NCBI GenBank assembly: GCA_026770705.1
Contig: JANJGN010000151.1
Span: 930,001 to 994,000, forward strand
Length of the DNA: 64,000 nt
Origin: Isurus oxyrinchus
Lineage: Eukaryota
Direction of reading: 5' to 3'
Positions 24,766-37,485 of this stretch are shown here, one piece after another (position 1 is the first letter of the stretch; each line of letters opens with the position of its first letter). Made by a program: the position numbers and the translations under genes. The notes beneath the pieces were generated by a model, which did no database searches, was not told the origin of the DNA, and saw only the letters and a list, made by a program, of their open reading frames with translations.

Positions 24766-24978
24766 CTTCAAAAAACACAGGTTAAACATTTCTTGCAGAA
24801 GAAATTGATAACAGATACAATGAGGTCCTATATTTTAACAGGCTTTTTCCGTTAACAGACAATAACCTGGATTTTTCAGGGATCAAAACTATGCAGAGCA
24901 CTATAAATGCGTTACAACCAAGGCCCCATACAGGTTAGTCACAGCCTTTCTGTTTCTCAGAGGTTCCCCAACACTTAC

Positions 24979-25275
24979 ATGGCATTTCAATGCTCTTGTC
25001 TGAGCCGCTGTGTCGAACCTCACAGTTGATATCGCATCCCCCCTCTGACTCGGTGATGGTTAACTGGCTGCTCAGGGTGAACGTTCCCTTCTGGTTTCTC
25101 ACTGACGGGTATGTCTGAAATCCAGTGGTGATCTGCTGCCCATCTTTCTTCCAGATCAGGCTGGTGATTTCTGGGGAGTAATCCATCGCCAAACAGCCGT
25201 AGGTGATGGAGCCGTCGGTGTTGTGTTGCTGACAGGAGGAGACCAGGCTGTAGAGAGTGGGCGAAGACGGTGTCG
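24979..25275 (-). CDS. IGHM: IgM CH1 exon ([46 protein letters not shown]...KSIEMPC)
   Basis: C1-set domain with AG/GT boundaries, phase 1-1, open frame, and an SSC light-chain-linking Cys. Confidence 0.95.
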
Positions 25276-25649
25276 CTGGGAAAGAATGGCCGATCGAACA
25301 CGTTAGACTCTGTGATTTGTGATCATTAAGTAAGCAAACAACTCAAAAATTGACGATTAGTATAAACATATCCAAGTATATTCCAACTAAAACCCACACC
25401 TACATTTGATCATTTATTATTTCCATCATTTGGTGACCCTCACCTGTCAGTTCCCTCTTTCTAAACCCACACCTCTTCTTCCTCTTCTATCCAATTTCTG
25501 GAAGGCCCCTCCCCTCTCCACGTCCCCCAAAACAAAGAATATCAACGGCCCTTCGAAAGTACCTTTGTAATGGTACCAATATAATGACCATAGAACTCTA
25601 AATTGAATACCAGTAACAGTTAGTACGACATTTTCCAATCGTATGTACA

Positions 25650-27180
25650 TGTGAACATGCGGATCAGTAGTAGCCATTCGGTCTCTGGAGCCTCCTCCAC
25701 CATTCACTCCGGTCATAGCTGATCTGATTGTGGCGTGAACTCCACGTTCCCTCCAACTCTCCACTAACCTTTGACTCCCTTGTCAATGAATAATCTCTCT
25801 ACCTCTGCCTTGAAATATTAATGACTCATCCTCCATCGCTCTGCGGGGAAGGGAGTTCCAAAGTTTCACCACCCTTTGAGAGAAAAATAAAATCCCCTCA
25901 TTTCCGTCTGAAATGGGAGACCTCTTATTTTTAAACTGTGTTCCCTATCGTTAGTCTGTCTCACAAGGGGAAACATCCTTTCAGCATCCACCCTGTCAAT
26001 TTCCCTCAGGATCTTATATGTTTCAATAAAATCACCTCTCATTCTTCTAAACTCTGATGGATACAGGCCCAGCCTATCGAAACTTCCCTCATGAGAGATC
26101 CGATGACACCTCTCAGTATCATTTGAACGAACATCCTCTGAACAGCTTCTAATGCTTTTATATCCTTTCTTAAAGAAGACCAAATATGTACACAGTAATT
26201 CAGACAAGGTCTTATCAATGCCCTATTAAACTGTAGCAAAACATCTTTACTTTTATATTCTATTCCACTTGTAATAAATGCCAACACTCCCTTTGCCTTC
26301 CTCATCACTTGCTGTTCCTGCATTATAACTTTTTGTGATTCATGCGCCAAGGGATCCACATTCCTCTGTACCTCAGGGTTCTGCAATCTCTCTCCCTTTC
26401 AATAATACGCTGCTTTTGTATTCTTCCTGCCAAAGTGAACAAGTTTATATTTTGCCACATTATACTCCATCTGTCATTTTTTTACCCACTCACTGAACCT
26501 ATCGATATCCCTTTGCGGACCCTTTATCCCCTTTTCACCACTTACTTCCCTATCTGTCTTTGTGTCATCAGCAAATTTAGCAAATTCATTCAGCCCTTTC
26601 ATTTAAGTCATTGATATAAATTGTAAATAGTTGAGGCCGCAGCATTGATCCCTCTGGCACTCCACTTGTCACATCTTGCCAACCTAAAATAACCAATTTA
26701 TCCCTGCTCTCTGTTTCTTGTTAGCTAACCAAACATCTACTCATGCCTAAAATGTTACTGCTGACACCATTATTTTGTGCAGTAATCTTTGATGTGCCAC
26801 TTTGTCAAATGCCTTCTGGAAGCCCAAATACAGCACACCCACAGGTTCTCCTTTATTCATGTTCCTTGTTACTTCCTCTAGAGGCCTCAAATAAGTCAGC
26901 CAGACATGAGTTTCCTTTCACAAAATCATGATGGGTTTGCATAATTGCATTTGAATTTTCTAAGTGACCCATGATAGATTCCTTAATAATCGATTCCAGC
27001 AGTTTTGCTCGGACAGATGTTAAGTTAACTGGCCTGCAGGTTCTTGCTTTCCCTTTCCCTCCTTTATTTAATATAAAAGCCTCATTCTCTATTTTCCAAT
27101 CTGATCAGACCTTTCCAGAATCTAGGGAAGTTTGGAAAATTAAAACCAATGCCTCTGCTATTTTAGTAACCACCTCATTA
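25650..27180 (-). mobile_element. CR1-type LINE fragment in the JH-CH1 intron
   Basis: RRMRGDFIETYKIL, RKAKGVLAFITSGIEYKSKDV, and upstream RT remnants. Confidence 0.85.
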
Positions 27181-27714
27181 AGGCCAAAATATTTGTCCAA
27201 CTTCTCTGGCCATTTCCTTATTTGCCATTATTATGGGCTTTTCCAATCCATGTCACGTGGCTGGACTGTGCCCACCCCCCCCCCCCCCCACCCCCCCACC
27301 CCGAAGCCCCTCTATATGGCTCCCGGAGCCGTTGTTCAAAATGCTGGTAAGGCGGGTAAGTGGAATTGAAGATTTCAGTGAGGAGCTGCTCCTCCAATCA
27401 CAGGCTGGTCTTCTACCCCGTTAGCTGCTGATAGGCTGAATAGCAGATCAGCAGTAAAAGTGGGAGACAAACAGGTTTGTGATTGGAGAGGCAGCGAACA
27501 CCCGCTGGAGAAAGGCACAGGGAAACGGGGGGAAGCGCACAGAGACATTATCTCCCTTCTATCCCAGGCACTGAGTGCCTTTCCCCGGGAATGGGAAGGA
27601 TTTCAGGAGGGGGAGAGACAATGAAGGAGAGAGGGAGAGAGAGAGTGGGGCCCAGGGCATCTGGTGCCTCCGCTCGCAATTGCTTCCGCCTGGCTCTCCC
27701 CGCTATAAACCGGC

Positions 27715-29310
27715 TCTCAGCCCTTTCCCCCCCTCTGCCTCTCCGCTCTCCCACTTCCCTGCCCTTTCCCCCCCCACCTATCTGCCCATTCCCCCTCCCG
27801 CCTCTGTGCCCTTTCCCCCTCCCGCCTCTCTGCCCATTCCCTCTCCCGCCCCTCTGCCCTTTCCCCCCTCTGCCTCTCCGCTCTCCCACTTCCCTGCCCT
27901 TTCGCCCATCCACCTCTCTGCCCATTCCCCCTCCCGCCTCCCTGCCCTTTCCCCCTCCCGCCTCTCTGTCATTCCCCCTCCCACCTGTCTGCCCTTTCCC
28001 CCTCCCACCTCTCTGCACATCCCACCCCCTGCTTCTCTGCATTGCTGCTTTGCCCTTCCCCACCCACCGCTCTGCCCTTCACCCCGGCCTCTCTGCCCTT
28101 TCCCACTCCTGCCTCTGTGCCCATTCCCCCCTCCTCTCTTCCCTTTCTCTCCAGCCTCTCTACCCTTTGCCCCCTTGCATCTGTGCCCTTTTCCCCCTCC
28201 TCTCTGCCCTTCCCCCTCCTGCCTCGCTGCCCTTACCTTCCGCCTCTCTGTCCTTTATCCGTCACCTCTCTGCCCTTTCTCCTCCAGCTCTCTACGCGCA
28301 CTCCACTGCTCTCTGTGCTTTCTTCTGGCTGTCTGACCTTTTCCACTGGTTCTTTGCCCATTCTCCCAGCTTGCTGCCCTTTCCATCCTCTGCTTCTCTT
28401 TCTTGCCACCCCCGCCTCTCTGCCCTTTCCCCCCTCTGCCTCTCTGCTCTCCTGCCTCCCTGCCCTTTCCCCGACTCACCTCTGTGCTCTTTCTCCCTCC
28501 CACCTCTCAGCCCTTACCTTCCGCCTCTCTGCCCTTACCCCCTCGCCTCTCTGGCCTTTTCCCAGCTCACTGCCCTTTCCATTGACTCTCTGCCCTTTCC
28601 GTCACCTCTCTGCCCTTTCCCCCTCTGCCTCTCTGCCTTCCCCCCTCTGTCTCTTTTCCCACCCTCCTCTCTGTCCTCCCCACCTCTGCCTCTCTGCCCT
28701 GCCTCCTCTCTGCCCTTTCCCCTTCCCACCTCTCTGCCCTTTCCCCCACCCACCTCTCTGCCCTTTCCCCCTACTGCCTTGCTGCCCTCCCTCCTCTCTG
28801 CCCTTTCCCCCACCCACCTTCCTGCCCTTTCCCTCACTGCCTCTCTGCCGTTTCCCCTCGTCACTCTGCCCACTCCACCCCCCGTTTCTCTGCCCTGTCA
28901 CCCCTCCACCTCTCTGCCCTCCCGCCTCTCTGCCCTTTTCTCCCTCCCACCTCTCTGCCCTTCCCCCCCCAATTCTCTGCCTTTTCTCGTCCAGCTCTCT
29001 GCACTTAATGCAGGACTCCCTGTGCTTTCACCCAGCTCTCTGACATTTCCCACTTGCTCTCTGCCCGTTCCCTGGATCGCTGACCTTTCCCCCTGCTCAC
29101 TGACCTTTGCCCCATCCCACTGCCCTTTCCGCTGGATCCCTGCCCTTTTCCCCAGCTCTCTACCCTTCCCCCCCAACGCCCCCTCCCCTGGCTCTGTGCC
29201 ATTTCCCCCGCCTCCCTGCCCTTTCTCCCAGGCTCTCCGAGCTTTCCCCCCGCCTCCCTGCCCTATCCCCCAGGCTCTCCGAGCTTTCCCCCGCCTCCCT
29301 GCCCTTTTTA
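27715..29310. repeat. Pyrimidine-rich (plus) / G-rich (IgM sense strand) degenerate tandem repeat, core CTCTCTGCCCTTTCCCC
   Basis: Dozens of about 20-25-nt units; the IgM sense strand reads GGGGAAAGGGCAGAGAG. Confidence 0.9.
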
Positions 29311-29429
29311 ATAAAGCTCATCGCTCCCTTCAGCTATGCTCCACTTTCCGGCACTGCTAGGCCTCAGGTCTCGCTTCCAGGTCTCTCTTCCCCACAGTTC
29401 CCACCTTCCCACACACCGATTTGTGAAAA

Positions 29430-29995
29430 GTGATCGAGTGAGTGAACGTGTGCATGATTGACAAAGTGAGAGTGGCTGAGTGACAGAGTGAGGGTGGGTG
29501 GCTGGGTGAGTGAGGGTGCGTAGGTGAGTTAGGGTGGGTGGTGAGTGGGCGTTGGTGGGTATCTGAATGTGGGTGAGTGAGGGTGGGTGATTGAATGAGG
29601 GTAGTCGAGTGGCTGAGTGAGGGTTGGTGGGTATGTGAGGGTGGGTATGTGAGTGAGGGTGAGTGGGTGTGTGAGGGCGGGTGGATGAGATATTGAGTGT
29701 CGTGAAGGTAGGTGAGTGAGGATGGGAGGATGAGTGAGGGTGAATGAGTAAGGGTGAGTGAGTGAAGGTTAAAGTAATTGATGGTGAGTGAATGAGGGTG
29801 AGTGAAGCTGGGTGAGTGGGTGAGGGTGAGTCAGGGTGGGTGAGGGAGTGAGATTGAGTATCTGTGAGTGAGTGAGGGTGATTGAGTGAGTGTGAGTGAG
29901 GGTGAGTGAGTGAGTGAGTGTGTGAGGGTGAGTGAGAGTGAGTGAGGATGAGTGAGTGAGATTGAGTGAGGGTGAGCGATTGTGGGTAGTGAGGG
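29430..29995. repeat. (GAGT/GGGT)n tetranucleotide-like low-complexity repeat
   Basis: Seen directly in the sequence. Confidence 0.9.
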
Positions 29996-30759
29996 TGCCC
30001 AGGTGCTGCAGGCACATCAAGGCGATGTTTCTCCGGATGATTTTCTGCTCTGGCTCAGCTTTCCATTGCCTGTTGCCGAGCTGGGGGCTCCTCCATTCGG
30101 CTCCACCACCTCCACCTCCTCCTCTTCCTCTCTATAGATCCTGTCCTGATTCTCCATATTGATCAGCTTTCAGTAACACCAGCTGTGTAAAGTCAGGCAG
30201 CAGTGTAGGTCGCTGGCCAGCTGCTTTAATGCTGATGCCTTTCTTTGAGAAACCCGTGTCAGTGCGTGAATAGGCAGACTGAGGGGGCTGGAGGGGAAGG
30301 TTATAGCAAAACCAGGAAGGGCCGTGCAGGCATCTTGCACCAAGTGTGCACCAGTATTGGGGATCCAGGTGGCTGTGGTCTCCATCACATCCTCCCCTTT
30401 TCTTGTTTCTTTGTGTTTGGTTCAACACTTGGAAATTCTCCACATATATAGTGATGTCACCTGTGTAATTTCATTTTACACAAAAATACATCAGAAATGG
30501 AACAATGAACATGCCTGCAGCTTAACGGAGCTTCTTTCTGAAATTAGCATNNNNNNNNNNNNNNNNNNNNNNNNNNNNNNNNNNNNNNNNNNNNNNNNNN
30601 NNNNNNNNNNNNNNNNNNNNNNNNNNNNNNNNNNNNNNNNNNNNNNNNNNNNNNNNNNNNNNNNNNNNNNNNNNNNNNNNNNNNNNNNNNNNNNNNNNNN
30701 NNNNNNNNNNNNNNNNNNNNNNNNNNNNNNNGGGAAGTGTCATAGGGAGTATAAGCGTT

Positions 30760-31194
30760 AGAATGTCTGAGGGAGAGAGCATGTGTGAGAGAGAGAGTGA
30801 ATGTGTTTTTGTGTGTGTGAGAGACAGAGAGTGTAGGGGTGTGAGTGATATGTAGTATAAGTGTGTGAGAGAGTGTGTGTGTGGGAGAGAAAGAGTGTGT
30901 GAAAGAGAGAGCCAGTGTGTGTGTCAGAGAGAGAGTGTGTGCGTGCATGAGAGAGAGAGAGAGAATGAGAGTGAGTATGTGTGTGAGATGAACAGTGTGT
31001 GTGTGTGTGTGTGTGTGTGTTTTTGTGAGGGAATGTGTTTGTGTTTCTGTGTGCGTCAGAGAGAGAGAATGAGGATGTGTGTGTGTGTGTGAGAGAGTGT
31101 TATGTGTCTGTGTGTGAGAGAGCGGGAGAACTGAGTGTGTGTGTGGGAAAGAGGGTGCATGTATGTGAGATAGAGAGTGGCTGTGTGTAAAAGA

Positions 31195-31228
<34 letters not shown>

Positions 31229-31429
31229 ATGCATGTGTGAGAGTGCATGTGTGAGAAAGAAAGAGTGCACGTATGTATGTGGGAGAAAGTGTGCACGTGT
31301 GTGCGCAGTTGAGAGAGTATGTGTATGAGAGAATGTGAGCATCTGTGTGAGAATGTGTGTTAAATAGAGGCAATGTGTGAGAGACAGAGTGTGTGCGTGT
31401 TAAAGGGAGTTTGTGTGTGAGAGAGCGAA

Positions 31430-31466
<37 letters not shown>

Positions 31467-31605
31467 CAGAGAGAGAAAGAGAGAGTGTGTGTCTGCCACA
31501 GAGAGTGCATGAGAGAGTGTGTGTGCATGTGTATGAGAGAGAGCCTGTGTGACAGAGAGAGTGAGCTAGTGAGGGTGTGTGGTAAAGAGACTGAGTATAT
31601 CGAGA
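30760..31605. repeat. Mixed (GT)n/(GA)n microsatellite field next to the N gap at 30551-30731
   Basis: Seen directly in the sequence. Confidence 0.9.
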
Positions 31606-32389
31606 TAGATCAGCCATGATCTTGCTGAATGACAGGCAGGATCGAAGGGCCGAATGTCCTCCTCATGCTCTCATTTCTGTAATTCATTCCTCTCCCTGCA
31701 GGCGGCAATCCAGTGGCTCAATTTTTGATGGTGGCTCCTTTTCCCAAAATCCCCCGTGGCTGGTTATTTGGAGCGGGAGTCTGGTCATTGTCCATTCCAA
31801 TTGTTTAAATATCTCGCAGCCTCTGATCCAATCAGAACTGGCGCTGCTCTCTGGAGCCTCACTGTCACTCCCTGATTCTGTTTGTTCTGAAATTGTGCTC
31901 AAGTTCAGCTCACTCACGTTCAATGATTTTCTGATACTCAAAATGCTTAAACATAATTAATGTATTAAAATTTATACATGTTCTCTCCAGAAATATTGTT
32001 AAAAATAATTAACGTGTGTTATTTCAACTGAGCAATGGAACAACTTATTTTCAGAGATCCGGCTCAAAAAACCATGGCCAGTTAGTTCGATGCTGATTCA
32101 GTTTGTTTGACCTCTGCAGGGAGAAGACTCCCAGGTCAGGAACAGGACAAGTTAAGATATGGATTAAATTCCCCACTCCTCCCCCAGTACACTCCTGTCA
32201 CCAGCTGCAAGGGTGGGATTCAACAGAAAGCCAACTCTCCACTGAACTGTCAAACGCTCCGGGGCAGGTACAGCACTGGTTTGACATAAAATAAAACTCT
32301 CTCTACATTGTTCCATCAAATATGCCCAGGAGATGGTTCAATCCGATTTTGATATCAGTGCTGTGCTGCAGCAGCCGGTCAGAGGCTGG

Positions 32390-32955
32390 GAATTCTGTGG
32401 CGAGTAATTCAACTCTTATTGCCCAAAGAAAACTGACCATCTACAAGGCTCAAGTCAGGACTGGGATTGAATAGTTTCCGCTTGCCTCAATGTGTGAAAC
32501 TTCAAAAATAAAACCAAGAAACTCGATACTATCCAGGACAAAGCAGCCCACAGAATTGGTACCCCATCCACTACCTTAAACATTCCCTCCCTCTCCCACC
32601 AACGCACAGTGACTGCAGTGTGTACCATATACAAGATGCACTGCAGCAACTCGCCAAGGCTCCTTCAAAACCCGCAACCTCTCCCAACTAGAAGGACAAG
32701 GGCAGCATGTGCTTGAAACACCGCCACCTGTATGTTCCCCTCCAAGACACTGAACATCCTGACTTGGAACTATATCACTGTTCCGTCACTGTCAATGGGT
32801 CAAAATCCTGGAACTCCCGACCTGACAGAACTGTGAGTGAACCTGCAGCTATTCAAGGAGGTGGCATTTCAACACTTCCAAGGATGGGCAATTAGAATGG
32901 GCAACAAATGCTGGCCTCGCCAGCGACCCTAACATCCTATGATAGGATTAAAAAT
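32390..32955 (+). mobile_element. LINE 3' fragment that shares its tail with the tRNA-SINE; related pieces at about 2885-3200, 23235-23430 and 44830-46000
   Basis: LTIYKAQVR-type RT end, TCAAAATCCTGGAACTCC, and the AAGG..GGGCAA..AATGCTGGCC tail. Confidence 0.65.
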
Positions 32956-35900
32956 AAGATTTCTTCCTCCGCCTTGTCCAACCAAATAGGTCAAGGACTG
33001 CTACAGCACGGATTAAAATAGGATAAAACTCTCTCTGTATTGCCTAACTGAACACTCCCAAAACAGAAACATCACTGGCTTGAAATCAACCAAATCTCCT
33101 TCGACAGTCTGTCTGTCATTTCTGAATTGTCCTTTCTGACTGTCACAATGGGTTGGGCATCTCATTTCTGAGGCGCCTGGTCAAAAAGTCAAACTTTCAC
33201 ATCTCTCACAAATACAAGATTTGTGAAGAAATAAATCGAACTGCACTCCCTGAAATATAGGAGAGTGAACCAAAAGGTTAACAACCAGTCAGGAAGATTC
33301 CTGGTCCCAGCACAGTGACCATGCACACAGAAACAGAACAGACACAAATGGTGCAACATTCGAGTTCCCAGCAGATAGATCTGTTCAATCTGTCCATTTC
33401 ACTCAAGCTGTTTGATTCTAATTGATCAATGGTCAATTTGTTACAATTATTCTATAACTTCTTTGAAATTAAACTGATTTTCATTTCAAAACTCCCTTTG
33501 AATTCCATTTAATTCTCCGTCTGACTCAAATCTCCAAACAATGTACAATTTAAATTACCCTGAAAATGAGCACAGCAAATACTACAGATTCAGGATATTT
33601 GGTTGTCCGTAATAAAGACTCAATGACAGAGTAAGAATTAAACAAATCAGGAAACATTCACATTGAAAACTGATTACCTACTGATTTCATTTGATTTTAG
33701 CTATAAATATATCCAATCAAAACATCAACACATTATCGAGCTGAGCACAGCTGAATAAGAGAAGTATTCTTTTCTGAATTCATTTTGGATACAATTCAAA
33801 ATTCTCTCCACCCTTTGAGATTTAGCATTCACTATAATGTCCAATATACTATTTAATTGTTGGACTTCATTTATGTTGAATTAATTATCACTAATATTAT
33901 ATTGTAAGTTAATTATCTTGTTATTGTCAATTCATTTTCTTGTTAGCTGATTTCTACTTTATAATAAAAATAATTTTCAATGATTGAAAATTTGTTTCTC
34001 CTTGGTACTTTGTGAAATAATTGAGGTTTATTTAAATCAACCTGACACTGAAACAATGTTAAACAATATACTTCAAATTACTAGATGGTAACATTCAGGG
34101 AAGTAAATCAATTTTACTTAAATCTGATCAATATTTACTATTTTATTTTTACTTCTCCTGCTCTGTTTTAACAGACAAAGTTATAAACTATGCGTTTCTG
34201 AACAAATTGAGAAATCATAAATTCCATCTATTCTCATCAAGCAATTCACATGACGAATTTATGAGTTGAATATTTGAAACACTTTCAACTCTGACCGGGG
34301 TCACATCGCATTAACTGTCGATGAGGTGTAATATCACCTGTTTGCTGAATTAAACTTGTCTTAACTCCAAGCTATATGTAAACAAATCTTCCTGGCAGTT
34401 ACTTATTATCAATAAAATTGCTTCCTAGATAACAATCCCTATAATTTATTGTTAATTATATTGTTCACTGAAAGAAGATCCAAATTGATCAGTATAAAAC
34501 TTGATGAGAACAATTCATTCAGATCATCTGCACCACTAAAATATAACATGCAAATTGATTCCAGATTTTGTCCTTCAATTTAATACTTAATAAGAATTAA
34601 GCATGAATCTCAGATATAATCTGTTCTTCTCCTATAATTCTATTCTGTGTACAGCACAGCAATGGGAGACAGGATGTTGTTGTTAAGTACAAAACTAATA
34701 CTAATGTTTGCAATTAAATTAATCTGTTCGAATTTCAAGCTTTTACTTGTCAATCTCTATTTATCTGCTGTCTGCACCTTCTTATAGTTTTAAAAAATGC
34801 AAGAACAATTCCTTTACTGCCAGCGAATTATACCCCCCATTAAACTGTTTAAAATTAGATTAGTGACAGTTATCTCGCTATTCAAATCCCAATGACATTG
34901 AAGGAATAATGTGGTTACGGCTGCACAGAAAGAATGTGATAACCGAAAAGACATATTGCCAAACTGCAATAACAAACTCATCTAAGTCAAGGCAAATGTT
35001 ATCAGGGACATAAAAAAGTAATTCAGAATCTCGTCTGAAACTGAACACTTCTGTAGAATCAGTATATTCTTACTGAAATTTTTTCATGCATAATCACAAA
35101 ATGTTTCCAGCCTAAAAACTTTCCCAATCATGTTAATTGTGCGCAGAGCACAGCAGAATTGTGAAAGCCGATTAATGATCAATTAGGTTAATATGAAAGC
35201 TGCTCCATCAATATGGAGAAATATTAACACATTATAATCGTTTGAATTGTATTAACTTTACTGTACAATTTGAAAACTTGGCAATTGTATAGTTTCTAAA
35301 TGCAGTAACGAATTATGTTCTGAATGAGCGTCATAATCCATGGTTTAGTTTATTCTGCAATTACACTTAAAATAAAGACAAAATGTGCTGTAAATGCTTT
35401 TTTTTGCCCATTTCTGAAACCTGTCTGTTTTCTGCCTACAATCGCGCTTCATGCATATACAAACGCGTAGGCTGCTTCGATTCAATCGCAAAACGTGTAA
35501 CCGATCAATGTGACCGAGTTTAAACAAAGCAGAACCGCCAAACCGTTTCATAAATTCAACTAATTCAAAGTCACCCAGATACACAATCTCCTCAGCAGAA
35601 AAACACCAAATCACATCACTGAGGGGCTGAAACCCGTTTCAAGGAGAAGCAGTTCAATTCTACAAACACTTCCAACAGAATTCATTGCAACGTTGCAAGA
35701 AAATCTCAATGTCGAATCCAGGCAATCCGCTCGTCAGCAAATGTATGAATTATTAAACTAAACAGAAATATGGAATAATGTCAACAGCATTGTGAGTAGG
35801 CGGAACATATTCAATGAATTTATATTGAAATTTAAGCACATTTTGTTAATATTGGGTTTGATTTCAAACCTATTTAAACCCTTTTGCAACAAATGGTAAA

Positions 35901-36240
35901 ACCCGCAGCCATTAGATGTTACCGAGATTAAACATTGCAGAAACGTCAAACTGTTTTAACAAACGTCAGATATTTCAAGTAGCCCGACCACACATTATCC
36001 TCAGCAGATAAACACCAAATCACAACAACCAGGGACCGAATCCCTCAGCAGCGCTATTTATCAAGACACAGCGGAATTATATAATTCAATTTAAGCAGAA
36101 TCACATGAAATATTGTAAAAAATTCTGCATACAGAATCCACCAAACCCAGGTTTCATTGGCTGAATTAATTATTAAAATAGACAAAAAACAAAGCAAAGA
36201 CTCAAATAAAACAGTTACTAAATAAATGTGTAGTTCTTAC

Positions 36241-36327
36241 CGGCAGTCACCGTCATCATGGTCCCTTGGCCCCAGTAGCCCATAGCGTCACAGTGTTACA
36301 TTCCCTGGGCTGTGCCATACAATAACT
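36241..36327 (-). CDS. IGHJ: JH segment (coding 36241-36288, AMGYWGQGTMMTVTA) with 5' 23-RSS (36289-36327)
   Basis: WGQGT motif and donor G|GTAAG. Plus strand RSS reads CACAGTG, 23 nt, ACAATAACT. Confidence 0.95.
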
Positions 36328-36657
36328 GTCCCTGCAGCAAAAAGACAGAAATCCACCATTATTTTAAATATTCATAAGTCAGAGGCAAAGCGAGGTCACG
36401 ATGAATCTTCACGAAATTATATTTGCGTTTGTGGATATCTTTAGCTATTCATCAATGATCCTCATCTTTTATAATTCACAGAATAACACATGAACATGTT
36501 ATTGAATTCACCAACTGATGAATGGGTAATTATCACAGCTTTTCCATCTTAAACCATGTTTTTGTGGGCATTGCTGGACACAAATAATACTTCACTGTAC
36601 ATATAGTTGGATTGTAAAAGCGAGCACTGACCCAGGCAGACTCAATTAGTGCTGAGG

Positions 36658-36726
36658 GGTTTTTGTATTGACAGTAACTGCTGTGCCATCCAGTATATCA
36701 CAGTGAGAGACACCATGTCAAATACT
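36658..36726 (-). other. IGHD: DH2 segment (coding 36686-36698, ATATACTGGATGG) flanked by two 12-RSS
   Basis: Plus strand reads GGTTTTTGT, 12 nt, TGCTGTG, [D], CACAGTG, 12 nt, TCAAATACT. Confidence 0.92.
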
Positions 36727-37035
36727 GCGGCAGACTGTTAACTGTAAATACAGAGATTTAATTTCACTACGCTCTCAAAAACCTGATTCCGACTCGCTTA
36801 AGTGTGAATCAGTGAGATATTTCAGCCTGTGCTTGTCATTATACTTTAAATGTGATTGGAGGTCTTTAAAAGCCTCTGTGAAGATTTAGCGTGTCCGTAA
36901 ACACAAACAAAGCGGAAGACTTTTATATATTTTTGCAAACCAATATTACTTATACCCATTATTTTATTTAGCTCCCATTTTCTTTGACTTTTCCTGTTGT
37001 GATCGTGATCACCAATTTGAACAAACTCCTTCTGA

Positions 37036-37115
37036 AGTTTTTGTATGAGGATGTCGCTGTGCACAGCACTGTGACCCACTGTCGTATCACAGTGAAATAC
37101 ACCCGCACAAAAACT
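37036..37115 (-). other. IGHD: DH1 segment (coding 37074-37087, ATACGACAGTGGGT) flanked by a 5' 12-RSS and a 3' 22-RSS
   Basis: Plus strand reads AGTTTTTGT, 22 nt, CACTGTG, [D], CACAGTG, 12 nt, ACAAAAACT. This is the classic shark D1 12/22 arrangement. Confidence 0.93.
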
Positions 37116-37485
37116 GCACCCACTCTCTGTTCAGTGCTGCCTCTCAATGTTCACTTCAAATAGACGTTTACTTCTGATCTAGTTTAGTATTTATGCAGCA
37201 ATTTACAAAACTCAATGAACAGTGATCCCCTCCAAGTATCAGACATATTAAAATGAACATTATATCTATGACTGTAATTGCGGAAACTATTAACAGCAAA
37301 AGTAAGCACAGCCAAAAGCTCAGCCCATTATATCAATTGGTTTGTTAGGTTTTACAGTTAAATTTGCTGTTTTACTTTTGTCAGAAGCGACTTGTTGTCG
37401 GGTTCTGATCATTACAGTTAATATTACTTTTAAAACAAGTACTGACCGTCAGGTTACGATGGAAGTTGTTGAGTTTCTCTCGATC

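Noticed and set aside
27483-29360. 625-aa Pro/Leu/Ser-rich ORF and overlapping Gly/Arg-rich ORFs
   Set aside because: This is the translation of a stop-poor low-complexity repeat, open in several frames, with no domain signature.
30017-30157. Short acidic minus-strand ORF MENQDRIYREEEEEVEVVEP... in the J-C intron
   Set aside because: Only about 46 codons, low complexity, with no splice or domain support; likely a transposon remnant.
36557-36599. Possible third D segment (nonamer-like TGTTTTTGT plus CACTGTA)
   Set aside because: The spacing is 27 nt and the heptamer lacks the required terminal GTG (CAC); there is no partner RSS.
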